Assembly (NCBI GenBank): GCA_964642545.1
Contig: CAZXQU010000001.1
Location: 37,171 to 101,170, forward strand
Reading direction: 5' to 3'
From: an uncultured Prolixibacteraceae bacterium
Lineage (GTDB): Bacteria > Bacteroidota > Bacteroidia > Bacteroidales > FEN-979
DNA: 64,000 nt
In this document: positions 1 through 9,404 of the stretch, piece by piece
Layout of the letters: each line of letters starts with the position of its first letter
Numbering within the stretch: the first letter of the stretch is position 1
The notes under the pieces: model-generated
The model's input: only the letters and a program-made list of their open reading frames with translations
The model's database searches: none
Told to the model about the DNA's origin: nothing
Position numbers and translations under genes: made by a program

Positions 1-1783
1 TACGGCTGCAGGCTGGATCAATGCCGTTGAAATTGCCGGCAAAAAGAAGGAAGAGGTTAAAATAGTCGTGAATGGAGCTGGCGCAGCTGCCATCGCATGT
101 ACGAATCTACTCGTTTCCATTGGAGCAAAGAAAAAGAATATCGTCATGCTCGACACCAAAGGGGTGCTGCGTAAGGACAGAACTGACCTGAACAAATACA
201 AACAACTCTTCGCTACCGACAGGGATATCCACACCCTGGAAGAGGCCATGAAAGATGCTGATGTCTTTCTGGGTCTTTCATCCAAGGATGTATTATCCCA
301 GGAGATGGTTCGTTCCATGGCTGATAATCCTATCGTATTCGCTATGGCGAATCCAGACCCGGAAATCACTTACGAAGCTGCGATGGCAGCACGGCCAGAT
401 GTTCTAATGGCGACCGGACGCTCTGATTACCCGAACCAGGTTAACAATGTTCTGGGGTTTCCGTTTATTTTCAGAGGAGCTCTTGATGTTAGGGCTACCT
501 GCATCAATGAGGAGATGAAAATAGCTGCTGTTTATGCTCTTGCAGCCTTAGCCAAAGAAGATGTTCCGGAGAATGTAAGCGAAGCATATAATGTGAAAAA
601 CCTGATTTATGGTCGTGAGTATTTCATACCTAAGCCACTGGATATCAGATTAATTACTACCGTTGCCCCGGCTGTTGCCAAAGCCGCTATGGATTCGGGA
701 GTTGCCCGCAAACCAATCACCGACTGGAATGCCTATAAATTTGAATTAAGCCGTCGGCTTGGCTTGGAAAACCAGTTATTACGCGGAGTTACGCTGAAGG
801 CCAAACTCGACCCGAAACGGATCGTCTATCCTGAAGGAGCTAACCTGAAAATCCTCAAAGCTGCAAATGAGGTGTTACACGAAGGGATTGCTAAACCAAT
901 TCTGCTTGGAGATGAGGATCAAATCCGTCAGATCATCGCAGAGAATCATCTGGACCTCAACGGTGTTGTAATTATCGATCCGCGAGGCAAGGCAGAGGAG
1001 GCACGCAGGGAGCGATTTGCAGAGTTGATCTGGCAAAAAAGGCAGCGTAAAGGGATTACCAAGGATGAAGCGGTGGAGCTAACCTTTGACAGAAATTATT
1101 TCGGCATCATGATGGTTGAAACGGGGGAAGCCGATACAATGGTTTCAGGTATTACCAGTGAATATGGCGCAGTAATGGGGCCAGCACTGCAACTCATCGG
1201 CCCAAGGTCGGACATGAGTCGGGTTTCAGGTATGTACATTCTGATTACTAAAAAAGGTCCCTATTTCTTCGCAGATACTACAGTCAACCTTGATCCGGAT
1301 TGGAAAACACTTGCCGACACTGCATTACTAACAGCAGAAACGATGCAGAGATTCGGCATCGAACCGGTTATTGCCATGGTCTCCTTCTCTAACTTTGGTT
1401 CGATCAAAGCTTCAGAACATTCCCAGGGACCAGTAAGAGTGCGTCAAGCCACCCAGTATCTACATAAAAATTATCCGGAGTTATTGGTAGACGGAGAGAT
1501 GCAGGCAAACTTTGCACTAAACACGGAATTACGCAAGTCCAAATTTCCTTTCTCAAAAATTGCCGACCATGATACAAATGCACTAATATTTTCAAACCTG
1601 AGTTCTGGTAATGCTGCCTATAAAATTATGCAGGAAATTGGAGGTGGTGAGGCTATTGGTCCTATTCTTATGGGGATGAGGAAACCTATACATGTGGTTC
1701 CCCTGGAATGCAGTGTTCGGGAAGTTGTTCATATGACCACCATTGCAGTGGTTGACGCACAGTATGCTTCAAAGCATGAATGA
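1..1783 (+). CDS. maeB: NADP-dependent malic enzyme, MaeB type (malic enzyme plus PTA-like domain); 5' end off-window
   Basis: The frame is open from nt 2 (TAAGWINAVEIAGKKKEEVKIVVNGAGAAAIA...), so the ORF-track GTG at 68 is internal. It has the GAGAA Rossmann motif of the malic-enzyme NAD(P) domain, followed by a ~330-aa phosphate acetyl/butyryltransferase-like C-terminal domain. Confidence 0.9.
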   Translation, partial: TAAGWINAVEIAGKKKEEVKIVVNGAGAAAIACTNLLVSIGAKKKNIVMLDTKGVLRKDRTDLNKYKQLFATDRDIHTLEEAMKDADVFLGLSSKDVLSQEMVRSMADNPIVFAMANPDPEITYEAAMAARPDVLMATGRSDYPNQVNNVLGFPFIFRGALDVRATCINEEMKIAAVYALAALAKEDVPENVSEAYNVKNLIYGREYFIPKPLDIRLITTVAPAVAKAAMDSGVARKPITDWNAYKFELSRRLGLENQLLRGVTLKAKLDPKRIVYPEGANLKILKAANEVLHEGIAKPILLGDEDQIRQIIAENHLDLNGVVIIDPRGKAEEARRERFAELIWQKRQRKGITKDEAVELTFDRNYFGIMMVETGEADTMVSGITSEYGAVMGPALQLIGPRSDMSRVSGMYILITKKGPYFFADTTVNLDPDWKTLADTALLTAETMQRFGIEPVIAMVSFSNFGSIKASEHSQGPVRVRQATQYLHKNYPELLVDGEMQANFALNTELRKSKFPFSKIADHDTNALIFSNLSSGNAAYKIMQEIGGGEAIGPILMGMRKPIHVVPLECSVREVVHMTTIAVVDAQYASKHE

Positions 1784-1818
1784 AAGTTAAAATAATTTCC
1801 TATCTATTAATTTAATTG

Positions 1819-1826
1819 TATCTTTG
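1819..1826 (+). promoter_or_regulatory. Bacteroidota-type -7 box (TAnnTTTG) for csp
   Basis: TATCTTTG lies 29 nt upstream of the ATG at 1856. Confidence 0.5.
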
Positions 1827-1855
1827 CCCGTTAATCAATTTAATACAATACTATT

Positions 1856-2047
1856 ATGTCAACAGGTAAAGTAAAATTTTTCAATGAGAGAAAAGGTTTC
1901 GGTTTCATCATTGATGACGAAAGTCAAAAAGACCTCTTTGTTCATGTCAGCGGTATCATCGACAAGATTCAGGAAAACGACGATGTTGTGTTTGATATTA
2001 CAGAAGACCAACGTGGTAAAAAAGCAATCAATGTAAAGAAAGCATAA
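1856..2047 (+). CDS. csp: cold-shock domain protein (CspA family)
   Basis: 63 aa. It carries the RNP1-like KGFGFI and RNP2-like DLFVHVS motifs (MSTGKVKFFNERKGFGFI...). Confidence 0.9.
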   Translation: MSTGKVKFFNERKGFGFIIDDESQKDLFVHVSGIIDKIQENDDVVFDITEDQRGKKAINVKKA

Positions 2048-2064
2048 TTTTATTACAATTGATG

Positions 2065-2097
2065 CAAAAAAGGCGACCCTCGGGCCGCCTTTTTTTT
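2065..2097. terminator. bidirectional rho-independent terminator between csp (+) and dnaN (-)
   Basis: The sequence is AAAAAA-GGCGACCC-TCG-GGGCCGCC-TTTTTTTT. The GC-rich stem has 8 of 9 base pairs. It is flanked by an A-run and a T-run, so it works on either strand. Confidence 0.8.
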
Positions 2098-3220
2098 ATT
2101 TCGCTAGCATGACAGGCATCACCAGCATCAGGATATCTTCCTCTTTATTCTCGTTATTTACCGGCAGAAGTATTCCAGCCCTATTGGAAGCTGACATTTC
2201 AATCAGCACTTCATCGGTTTCGGCATTGTTGAGCATCTCCACCATGAACTTTGAATTGAATCCGATCTCCATATCATCGCCTTCATAAGCGCATGTCAGT
2301 CGCTCTTTGGCTTCATTGGAAAAATCAATATCCTCAGCTGAAAGAACAAGTTCTTTGCCTGAAATTTTAAACCGGATCTGGTGAGTTGATTGATTTGCAA
2401 AGATCGAGACCCTACGGATTGATGTTAACAGAGATACCCGGTCGATGGTGAGTTTATTAGGGTTATTGGTTGGAATTACAGCCTCATAATTTGGGTATTT
2501 GCCATCAATCAGACGGCAAACCAGCTCAATGTTACTAAATGAAAAAAATGCGTTGGATTTATTGTATTCCAGTTTAACAGGAACATCCTGTGTGCTTAAA
2601 ATATTTTTTAAAAGGTTCAGTGGTTTCTTAGGCAGAATAAAGTTGGCAGAATCATTCGACCTGGCATCGGTTCGTTTGTATTTGACTAGCTTATGTGCAT
2701 CCGTGGCGACAAAGGTAATATCCTCAGGTGAGAGCTCGCAGAAAACACCGGAGAGCACCAACCTCAGTTCATCGTTACCCGTTGCAAAGAGTGTCTTGTT
2801 GATCGCTTCTGCAAGAAGGTCGGAGGGCAACTTGATAGATGTTGTCTCTTCAAGAGCAGGTGTGCGTGGATATTCATCACTTTTATGGCCCGATAACTTG
2901 TATTTTCCTTCACCCGCAGAGATCTCAATCAGCTGGTTCGTATCGCTGATGTTAAAAGAGAGGGGAATATCAGGAAAGGTCTTCAATATATCTACCAGTA
3001 TTTTCGCTGGAATTGCAACACTCCCTGGTTCCTCAGCCCGATCGGGCTTTATGCTGACACTCATGGTGGTCTCAAGGTCAGAAGAGGTCACTTTCAACCC
3101 CTCTTCCTTCAGCTCAAACAAGAAATCGTCGAGGATAGGCAGGGTGTTGTTACTATTGATCACACCGATTATTGCCTGTAAATTCTTCAGCAGCACGGAA
3201 CTCGAGATGATAAACTTCAT
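2096..3220 (-). CDS. dnaN: DNA polymerase III beta subunit (sliding clamp)
   Basis: 374 aa. The length fits a three-domain clamp and the N-terminus MKFIISSSVLLKNLQAI...LPILDDFLFEL is DnaN-like. The call is by overall resemblance. Confidence 0.88.
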   Translation of the reverse strand: MKFIISSSVLLKNLQAIIGVINSNNTLPILDDFLFELKEEGLKVTSSDLETTMSVSIKPDRAEEPGSVAIPAKILVDILKTFPDIPLSFNISDTNQLIEISAGEGKYKLSGHKSDEYPRTPALEETTSIKLPSDLLAEAINKTLFATGNDELRLVLSGVFCELSPEDITFVATDAHKLVKYKRTDARSNDSANFILPKKPLNLLKNILSTQDVPVKLEYNKSNAFFSFSNIELVCRLIDGKYPNYEAVIPTNNPNKLTIDRVSLLTSIRRVSIFANQSTHQIRFKISGKELVLSAEDIDFSNEAKERLTCAYEGDDMEIGFNSKFMVEMLNNAETDEVLIEMSASNRAGILLPVNNENKEEDILMLVMPVMLAK

Positions 3221-3245
3221 AATCGTAAATTTTTAAAAATTCGGT

Positions 3246-3253
3246 CAAATATA
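3246..3253 (-). promoter_or_regulatory. -7 box for dnaN
   Basis: The minus strand reads TATATTTG, 25 nt upstream of the ATG at 3220. Confidence 0.5.
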
Positions 3254-3305
3254 CAAAAATCCATTTTGATTACCAACAAGTACAACAGGTTGGTTGTTAT
3301 CGTTT

Positions 3306-3941
3306 CTAAACTTTTTTCCGCCGGAAATTGAACCTGTTTTCCTCTCCTTTCAGAAGCCGTTTGAAGTTTTTCAAATGGGTAAGAGGGATAAAAAAAGCCA
3401 CAAAGACTGCCAGTCCTAGGAGCGCGATGTTTCGCTCATTTGTAGCGAAATAGACGATAAACGGGAAAGAAACCGATCCCACAATCGATGAAAGGGAAAC
3501 ATATCTGGAGATGGCAAATGTAATGATAAAAATCCCGAGCACTATCAACAACGCAATTGGGTATAGAGCCAAACCAACACCAGCCAGAGTACCTACCCCT
3601 TTGCCCCCCCGGAACCCTGCATATACAGGAAAAATATGGCCCAAAACAGTCGCCACTGCACAACCAATTTTGATATAGATCAGGTTCTCAAACAGTATGT
3701 CAGGGAATGGTATCCATCCGACAAGCTGAACAGCCAACCAACCTTTAAACACGTCAAAAAGCAGAACCGGTATCCCAGCCTTATAGCCAAGGACGCGGAT
3801 GGTGTTTGTTGCGCCTGCATTTCCGCTGCCATGTTCCCGAATATCTTTCCCATAGAAGCCCTTACTTACCCATACTGCCGTTGGAACCGACCCAATCAGG
3901 TAGGCGGTAAGAATTAACCCAATAATTTCAATCCACATCAT
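3306..3941 (-). CDS. plsY: glycerol-3-phosphate acyltransferase PlsY
   Basis: 211-aa polytopic membrane protein with the GSGNAGATN signature and the FKGGKG-like motif (FRGGKGVGT). Confidence 0.9.
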   Translation of the reverse strand: MMWIEIIGLILTAYLIGSVPTAVWVSKGFYGKDIREHGSGNAGATNTIRVLGYKAGIPVLLFDVFKGWLAVQLVGWIPFPDILFENLIYIKIGCAVATVLGHIFPVYAGFRGGKGVGTLAGVGLALYPIALLIVLGIFIITFAISRYVSLSSIVGSVSFPFIVYFATNERNIALLGLAVFVAFFIPLTHLKNFKRLLKGEENRFNFRRKKV

Positions 3942-3964
3942 CTAGAGAACTGTTGTTTCGTGTT

Positions 3965-6900
3965 TCATTCTTCCCCCATCTCGAACTTCCTGATAAAGTC
4001 ACGTTTCTTATGGTCGGTAGAGAGGGTATAGCTGTAGCCACGCCATGCCTTGTTTAGTCGTTTTTTTTCTTTCTTATTCAGCAGTGCCTCCTTGATTTTA
4101 TCATTCGAGTCAAAATCGGAAGAGATAAATCTCATCACATTATTTCGATAGTTGAAGAAGTACCAATCATTTGCAGATATCTCGAGATAGATCGTAAATT
4201 CATCTCCATTCCGCTTTCTGGTGAATTCGATCTTTCCATTGAGATAACGGTTTACCATGCCATCCAGAATAGAGCCAATACCAATGGCACCATCTGATAC
4301 AAACGAACGTGTCAATGTATCAAAGCTCATCTTCACATCGGCAATAATCATTGTCTTTGTCAGCTCCTCCGGGAATTTCCGGAACCTCCCTACAGTCTCG
4401 AGTTCTGATTTCAGTTTCTCTCTCTCTTTGTCTGGTATCAATTCATTAAAAACAAAATTAAATGGAGATTTGAACAGTTGGATCCCCGGAAGGTTAGTAG
4501 ATGTCATCTGTGTCCTGATATGCTCTGCAACTCTCTCCTCAAATGGAAAATCAAGGATCAAAGAAAGCCGGAGGGAGGCAGAATCCGGAAGAACATAATA
4601 ATCCATTGTTCCATAGCTCTCCATCTGCAACGGGCCCGAATTAAACCCAAGGTTGATCTTCCCCTCCGCACGCATCATGCAATTGTATGTATTAAGGGAT
4701 ACCTTTGCCCCTGCTGAAGCCAGATTACCATTGGTATCAGGCATTCCAGCCTGGAATGTAGAGATTGGAATCTGGTATTGCAAGATCCCTGAAGTGGAGA
4801 TCATAATCGTATCGCTGAAACTCCTCCGCGGAGTAAAAAATGCAGGATAGATAATGTTTTCTGCATTTGAATAGACCATGCCCAGCACCACCTTCTCAGA
4901 GTTCCTGTTCTGGATAGGGTCTGAGACCGGTAATTTTATATAGTCTGGATTGACCCTGGAAGAGAATTTCACCCAGTTGGTTCCCAGGTTATAACACTCA
5001 ACCGTTGGTTTGAAAGCGCCTGAAAAGGTCATAGCTTTGACAGGTGCGTCAAGTCTAATATTCCCTATAAAAGCGAATTCCGGACTAAGCATGAAGTCGG
5101 CGGATTCAGAGATTGTTCCCGTTCCCACAGTATTTCCTGAAGTATCAACAGAGATTTTATCGAAGAATATCTCCTGATGGCTTCCAGTCCTGTCAATGTA
5201 ATCGTAGATTCCCGATCCGCTGTATCGCTTTCTCCCAAGTATGTTTACTGAAGCATCGTAGAAACTATGTTCCCTTGATCTTGTATTCGCAATGATATTG
5301 GCATTTGTGAGCTGACTTATCTCAGCATTCTTCAGAATTTCAACTTTCCCGCTGTCGGGGTAAATTGCTGCATCCGCAACCTTTATGATCTTTACCTCTT
5401 CGGCATTGATGATATTCGTTCTGATATTGTAACGCGCCCTGAGAGCAAAGAACCGCAGGGAATCCTGTTTTGGATGAACCGACATGAATTCGGTTCCAGT
5501 ATAGCCCACATCGATCAGCTGCGCGAGGCTAAGGTTATCCGGAATCGCGTATCGTTGGTTCTCCTCGTTTGTCAAAACGATCTCTTCATTATCAATCATC
5601 CAGTCGAAACGGTCCATCGAACAGATATACTTGTTGATTGGGAACTCCATCTTGGAGATTCCGAGATTGGATCGGAACTCACCTCTTCGCTCTTCAAAAT
5701 CGAAATGAGCACGATAATTCTGTGTCGAAATCGCCAGTGTATTAAGATCATACGATTTTATCCTGAAGTCGGCAATCAGCGCATCAAAGGTATGTTGCTG
5801 AAAACTGAATCCCTTTGAATCCATCTCGGCATCTTCGATTTTCATCGTTCCCGAACCGCTTAGTCCGCCAGGAGTAAAGCCAAGGGTTCCATCAAAAAGC
5901 GATTGGTTGTTATACATTGCCATATCCCTGACAGTGGAGGTGATACTCATGGAGTCCTGGTAAGGCAGCCAGAACTCCTTCACGCTGTCGGCGTTTACCG
6001 ATGGGTACTCAACAGCTGCAATCTGTTCTGTAGCCTGGAACCCACGGGCAAGAGTTTGCATACTGTCTGGGAAAAAGAGGAAGTGATCAGATACTGAAGT
6101 GGAATTAAGGTAATAAAGCTGCCCATCAGCCTGCAAACCCTGGTTGCTGAGATCGACTTTTGAAACAAATGTACCTTTTCCTCCGTAGGCCGGATATCCG
6201 TTGGCATCTGTATATTTTTCAAAGCCGAGGGAGAAGTCTGGTCGAACTTTAAGTGGTTCAGGGATGTCAGGGAAGATTCCAGCGGAGATTAATTGTCCAT
6301 CAAACTTCAGGCTGTCGGTATCGATGTAATCCAGACTTTTCAAAATAAAGGGGAATACCTCAAAATAGAATCGTTCTTTATCATACACTCCGTTGTAAAT
6401 ATATGGCTTTCCCCAGTTGACTGTTGCTGTATCCTGATTTGTGAATATCGGGTATTCAGGAGAATGTTTTATTCCTGCTTTGTTCTCTGGATCATCAATC
6501 AAAAGGAATCCGCTCAGGTCGTTGAGAGCAGTCTGTACTTTCTTCATAGGAAAGCGCCCTGTCTTGGGATCAATCTTTTTACTGATTACATAGAATTCCA
6601 GGGTATCGACTTCAGGCAAATTAAGTCTGAATTTGTCGTAATCAAACGAGCAACTGTCGGCATAGAAATCAAAAAGACCAGCTTCAACCTTACCGGTAAA
6701 TTGAAAGTTGCGATTCTCCTTAAGGATCAGCTCCTGGTTTCGGGGCGCAACGTAAACATGCTGAGAGTCTGAAAGGAAGACACCAGGGATTCCCTGGATT
6801 TTCAAATCAAAGTTTTCGAGATTCAGTGTAGCGTTGCTCTTTCCTTCAACCTCCGACGTAAATACGATCTCGTCGTAGTCGGTCTTCTCATTTTTTGCAT

Positions 6901-8461
6901 TCACATAATGGATCAATTTATCCTTGACAACCGCTTTTTTATCATCCTGATCATAGATTAAAAAACCTTTGGCACTAAGCAGAAGCAACTGTGACTCAAC
7001 CTGGGCCGGAGGCATCCTCCAGAATGTCACCAACTCCCCCAGTTCAAACTCACGTGAGTTCCGCCTTTCGATGAACGTTTTGATGATCTGAAGAGGATTC
7101 AGCTCATCGATCCCCTGAAGCTTTTCGTAACGCCGGAGTGAAAAGTAATTACTGGATTCGAAGGTTGCTTTACTTTTGGTTCCGGGACCACGCATCGCCT
7201 CAAAATTGATCTTGGGCTCATTGGTTTTCCAGAACAGCGCTTCACAATATATCTCGATTTTATGATAAGTGTCAAACCACGGACTGATCAATGCAATCCG
7301 TTCATCTTTATTCAGCGAAAGCTCCTTCGTTTCATCCAGGTATTTAAATACCAATCCGGGATGATAAATCGAGTCAAGATCGTGGTGAATAGTTACCGAT
7401 GCATTGCTGGAGTTGATCCTGTCGGGGCGGATAATGAACGTTTTTGATCTTGCGGTTACGAACTCCTGGTCATCCCGTTTAAATACCAACATGGCATCCT
7501 GGTCATTCAGGCCAAATCCAACAACCTTTCTTCCCTCCATGGAGAATCCTCCCATGTAATCAATATTTTTAAAGATATTCTGGATTCCAATCAGTCCTTC
7601 ATAGGAGTAAAAGCGTGGATAGGAGGCTTTCTCTTCATCAACATCTGCCTGAATCTTATCGATGATACGACCGGTAAGCGGAGAGGGAAGGTAATCTATA
7701 TTGAAAAATTCGACCGAGTCGGCTTCATATTTTGAGAAGCGCATCTGAATCTGGTAGTTGCTAAGGTTAGCATATACCTTCCCCGGATCAAGTCCGGCCC
7801 GTTGCCAGTCGATTTTTCCTCCATACCCTTCCCACCTTGTTTCAATAGGGAAATAACGACCCTGCGTATTGAAAATGGTGAGGCTGTCTCTACTGGAAAA
7901 GCAGATGATATCAGTAGGACGGACCTCCACAATGGAGACTGAGTCATTGAGAAAACGGTAGTTAGGTGTTACTAGCTTCCAAGCTGTTGATGCCGACTTG
8001 TAAAGCATATCCTCCTCAAAAAGATGGATACTGAAATCGATGAAACTCAGAAAATGCCGGGTATATTTTTCTCCAGCCAGGGACTCAAGTACAGCCGACC
8101 AGTCGAAAAATTGCTGGCTGGAAAGACTCTTCTCACAAGTAAGGTTCAATACAACTAAATAGTTATAAAAATCGGGGAAAGCATGCATCCGTTTATTCAG
8201 CATTTTGTTGCATACCGAATAGATCGATTCTTTCTTTGAAAGATCAAAGTGACCCATCACCCAATGCTCTTTAAAGGGTGCCAAGGCTCCTTCAACTATT
8301 TTCTGGTCATTTTTGCTGAGTTTGGTGAAGAGTAGGTCCAGCTCGCTAATAAATTTGTCAGGATCTCCTGAAAAGCTCTTTAATTGTTGGCCATTCAATA
8401 CGAAACCGATCGCCGAAAGAAATAAGATAAAAACAGTTCTAAACGTAGTAGATCTCTTCAT
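3965..8461 (-). CDS. very large secreted protein of unknown function (1498 aa)
   Basis: Uninterrupted 4.5-kb ORF with an N-terminal signal peptide (MKRSTTFRTVFILFLSAIGFVLNGQ). Its ATG overlaps the prmA stop (ATGA at 8458-8461). I recognise no catalytic motif. Confidence 0.7.
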   Translation of the reverse strand: MKRSTTFRTVFILFLSAIGFVLNGQQLKSFSGDPDKFISELDLLFTKLSKNDQKIVEGALAPFKEHWVMGHFDLSKKESIYSVCNKMLNKRMHAFPDFYNYLVVLNLTCEKSLSSQQFFDWSAVLESLAGEKYTRHFLSFIDFSIHLFEEDMLYKSASTAWKLVTPNYRFLNDSVSIVEVRPTDIICFSSRDSLTIFNTQGRYFPIETRWEGYGGKIDWQRAGLDPGKVYANLSNYQIQMRFSKYEADSVEFFNIDYLPSPLTGRIIDKIQADVDEEKASYPRFYSYEGLIGIQNIFKNIDYMGGFSMEGRKVVGFGLNDQDAMLVFKRDDQEFVTARSKTFIIRPDRINSSNASVTIHHDLDSIYHPGLVFKYLDETKELSLNKDERIALISPWFDTYHKIEIYCEALFWKTNEPKINFEAMRGPGTKSKATFESSNYFSLRRYEKLQGIDELNPLQIIKTFIERRNSREFELGELVTFWRMPPAQVESQLLLLSAKGFLIYDQDDKKAVVKDKLIHYVNAKNEKTDYDEIVFTSEVEGKSNATLNLENFDLKIQGIPGVFLSDSQHVYVAPRNQELILKENRNFQFTGKVEAGLFDFYADSCSFDYDKFRLNLPEVDTLEFYVISKKIDPKTGRFPMKKVQTALNDLSGFLLIDDPENKAGIKHSPEYPIFTNQDTATVNWGKPYIYNGVYDKERFYFEVFPFILKSLDYIDTDSLKFDGQLISAGIFPDIPEPLKVRPDFSLGFEKYTDANGYPAYGGKGTFVSKVDLSNQGLQADGQLYYLNSTSVSDHFLFFPDSMQTLARGFQATEQIAAVEYPSVNADSVKEFWLPYQDSMSITSTVRDMAMYNNQSLFDGTLGFTPGGLSGSGTMKIEDAEMDSKGFSFQQHTFDALIADFRIKSYDLNTLAISTQNYRAHFDFEERRGEFRSNLGISKMEFPINKYICSMDRFDWMIDNEEIVLTNEENQRYAIPDNLSLAQLIDVGYTGTEFMSVHPKQDSLRFFALRARYNIRTNIINAEEVKIIKVADAAIYPDSGKVEILKNAEISQLTNANIIANTRSREHSFYDASVNILGRKRYSGSGIYDYIDRTGSHQEIFFDKISVDTSGNTVGTGTISESADFMLSPEFAFIGNIRLDAPVKAMTFSGAFKPTVECYNLGTNWVKFSSRVNPDYIKLPVSDPIQNRNSEKVVLGMVYSNAENIIYPAFFTPRRSFSDTIMISTSGILQYQIPISTFQAGMPDTNGNLASAGAKVSLNTYNCMMRAEGKINLGFNSGPLQMESYGTMDYYVLPDSASLRLSLILDFPFEERVAEHIRTQMTSTNLPGIQLFKSPFNFVFNELIPDKEREKLKSELETVGRFRKFPEELTKTMIIADVKMSFDTLTRSFVSDGAIGIGSILDGMVNRYLNGKIEFTRKRNGDEFTIYLEISANDWYFFNYRNNVMRFISSDFDSNDKIKEALLNKKEKKRLNKAWRGYSYTLSTDHKKRDFIRKFEMGEE

Positions 8462-9318
8462 CCATTGAATTTTGCAACCATCCAGTTGTTCTTAACCCGG
8501 GTTCCGGAGATTCTAAGTCCGTGCTTTCCTGCATAGGCTTCAACCGTAGGCAGATCTTCTGTATAAAACCCGCTTAGAAACAGCCCCCCCCCCTTTTTTA
8601 ATGCAGTTGCATAGGACGGAATCTGCTCGATCAAGGTATTTCGGTTGATATTTGCTAGTATCACGTCAAATTGTTCGAGTGGAATATCCGAAGCGTCTCC
8701 CCGAATAACGTCAATAGTACTTGTATTATTCTTTATCACATTCTCCAAGGCATTCTCAACAGCCCATTTATCATAATCGATCGCAACTACCCGGCCGGCC
8801 CCCATTTTGGAGGCCAGGATTGCCAGTACTCCGGTGCCGCAGCCCATATCAAGAACTGTTTTACCGATCACAACTTCATCCAGGAGGGATTCAATCATCA
8901 GGGAGGTCGTTTCATGATGGGCCGTGCCGAAAGACATCTTTGGTTCAATAACAATGTCAATTATGGATGCTGGATGCCGGATGCCGGATGCCGGATGAAA
9001 TGGAGCGCGGATATAGCATCTTCCAGCGACCAGAACCGGTTCATAAGAGCTTTCCCAGATCGCGTTCCAATTTTCTTCCGGCATCCTTGTAACACTCCAG
9101 AAAAGATCTTTCAGATTAGGATATTTATTCAGGACCTGATGAATTTCGCCTTCGTTAAAATCCATTTCCTTGATGTAGGCAAACAGTACTGTATCTTCTT
9201 CATTGAAACTATCAAATCCCACCTCCGACAGTTCAGCTATCAGAATGTCTGAATAGCCCTGAACAACAGGCTGAAATGCTATTTCAAGAAAAAGTGAGGA
9301 GGGTTGATGGCTGCCCAT
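8458..9318 (-). CDS. prmA: ribosomal protein L11 methyltransferase
   Basis: It has the SAM-binding motif DMGCGTGVLAI, preceded by PKMSFGTAHHETT, and a PrmA-like N-terminal domain. It contains an in-frame heptamer array (8965-8999). Confidence 0.9.
   Translation of the reverse strand: MGSHQPSSLFLEIAFQPVVQGYSDILIAELSEVGFDSFNEEDTVLFAYIKEMDFNEGEIHQVLNKYPNLKDLFWSVTRMPEENWNAIWESSYEPVLVAGRCYIRAPFHPASGIRHPASIIDIVIEPKMSFGTAHHETTSLMIESLLDEVVIGKTVLDMGCGTGVLAILASKMGAGRVVAIDYDKWAVENALENVIKNNTSTIDVIRGDASDIPLEQFDVILANINRNTLIEQIPSYATALKKGGGLFLSGFYTEDLPTVEAYAGKHGLRISGTRVKNNWMVAKFNG
8584..8599. repeat. homopolymer tract C10 T6 (G10 on the coding strand) inside prmA
   Basis: The plus strand reads cagCCCCCCCCCCTTTTTTaa. 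The coding strand reads tta aaa aag ggg ggg ggg ctg (LKKGGGL). Confidence 0.9.
8965..8999. repeat. heptamer array (GGATGCY) x5 inside prmA
   Basis: The units are ggatgct ggatgcc ggatgcc ggatgcc ggatgaa. On the coding strand they read in all three frames as HPASGIRHPAS. Confidence 0.95.
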
Positions 9319-9333
9319 ACCAATTCATCTGGT

Positions 9334-9341
9334 TATGTTTG
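9334..9341 (+). promoter_or_regulatory. -7 box for the DUF155 gene
   Basis: TATGTTTG lies directly back to back with the prmA box. Confidence 0.45.
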
Positions 9342-9349
9342 CAAAGGTA
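9342..9349 (-). promoter_or_regulatory. -7 box for prmA
   Basis: The minus strand reads TACCTTTG, 23 nt upstream of the ATG at 9318. Confidence 0.5.
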
Positions 9350-9404
9350 AGGAAAGAAATAGGAGTCGGAGCGATGAATTAAGGAATCGAATTTTCTGAT
9401 ATCT

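Noticed and set aside
2499-3236. 245-aa ORF antisense to dnaN. Other long antisense ORFs are 8671-9252, 24980-25555, 28555-29064, 37350-37925, 45654-46031, 50943-51356 and 6293-6772.
   Set aside because: These are shadow ORFs opposite well-supported genes. Their translations are low-complexity or Ser/Arg/Leu-rich, without motifs, export signals or promoter boxes.
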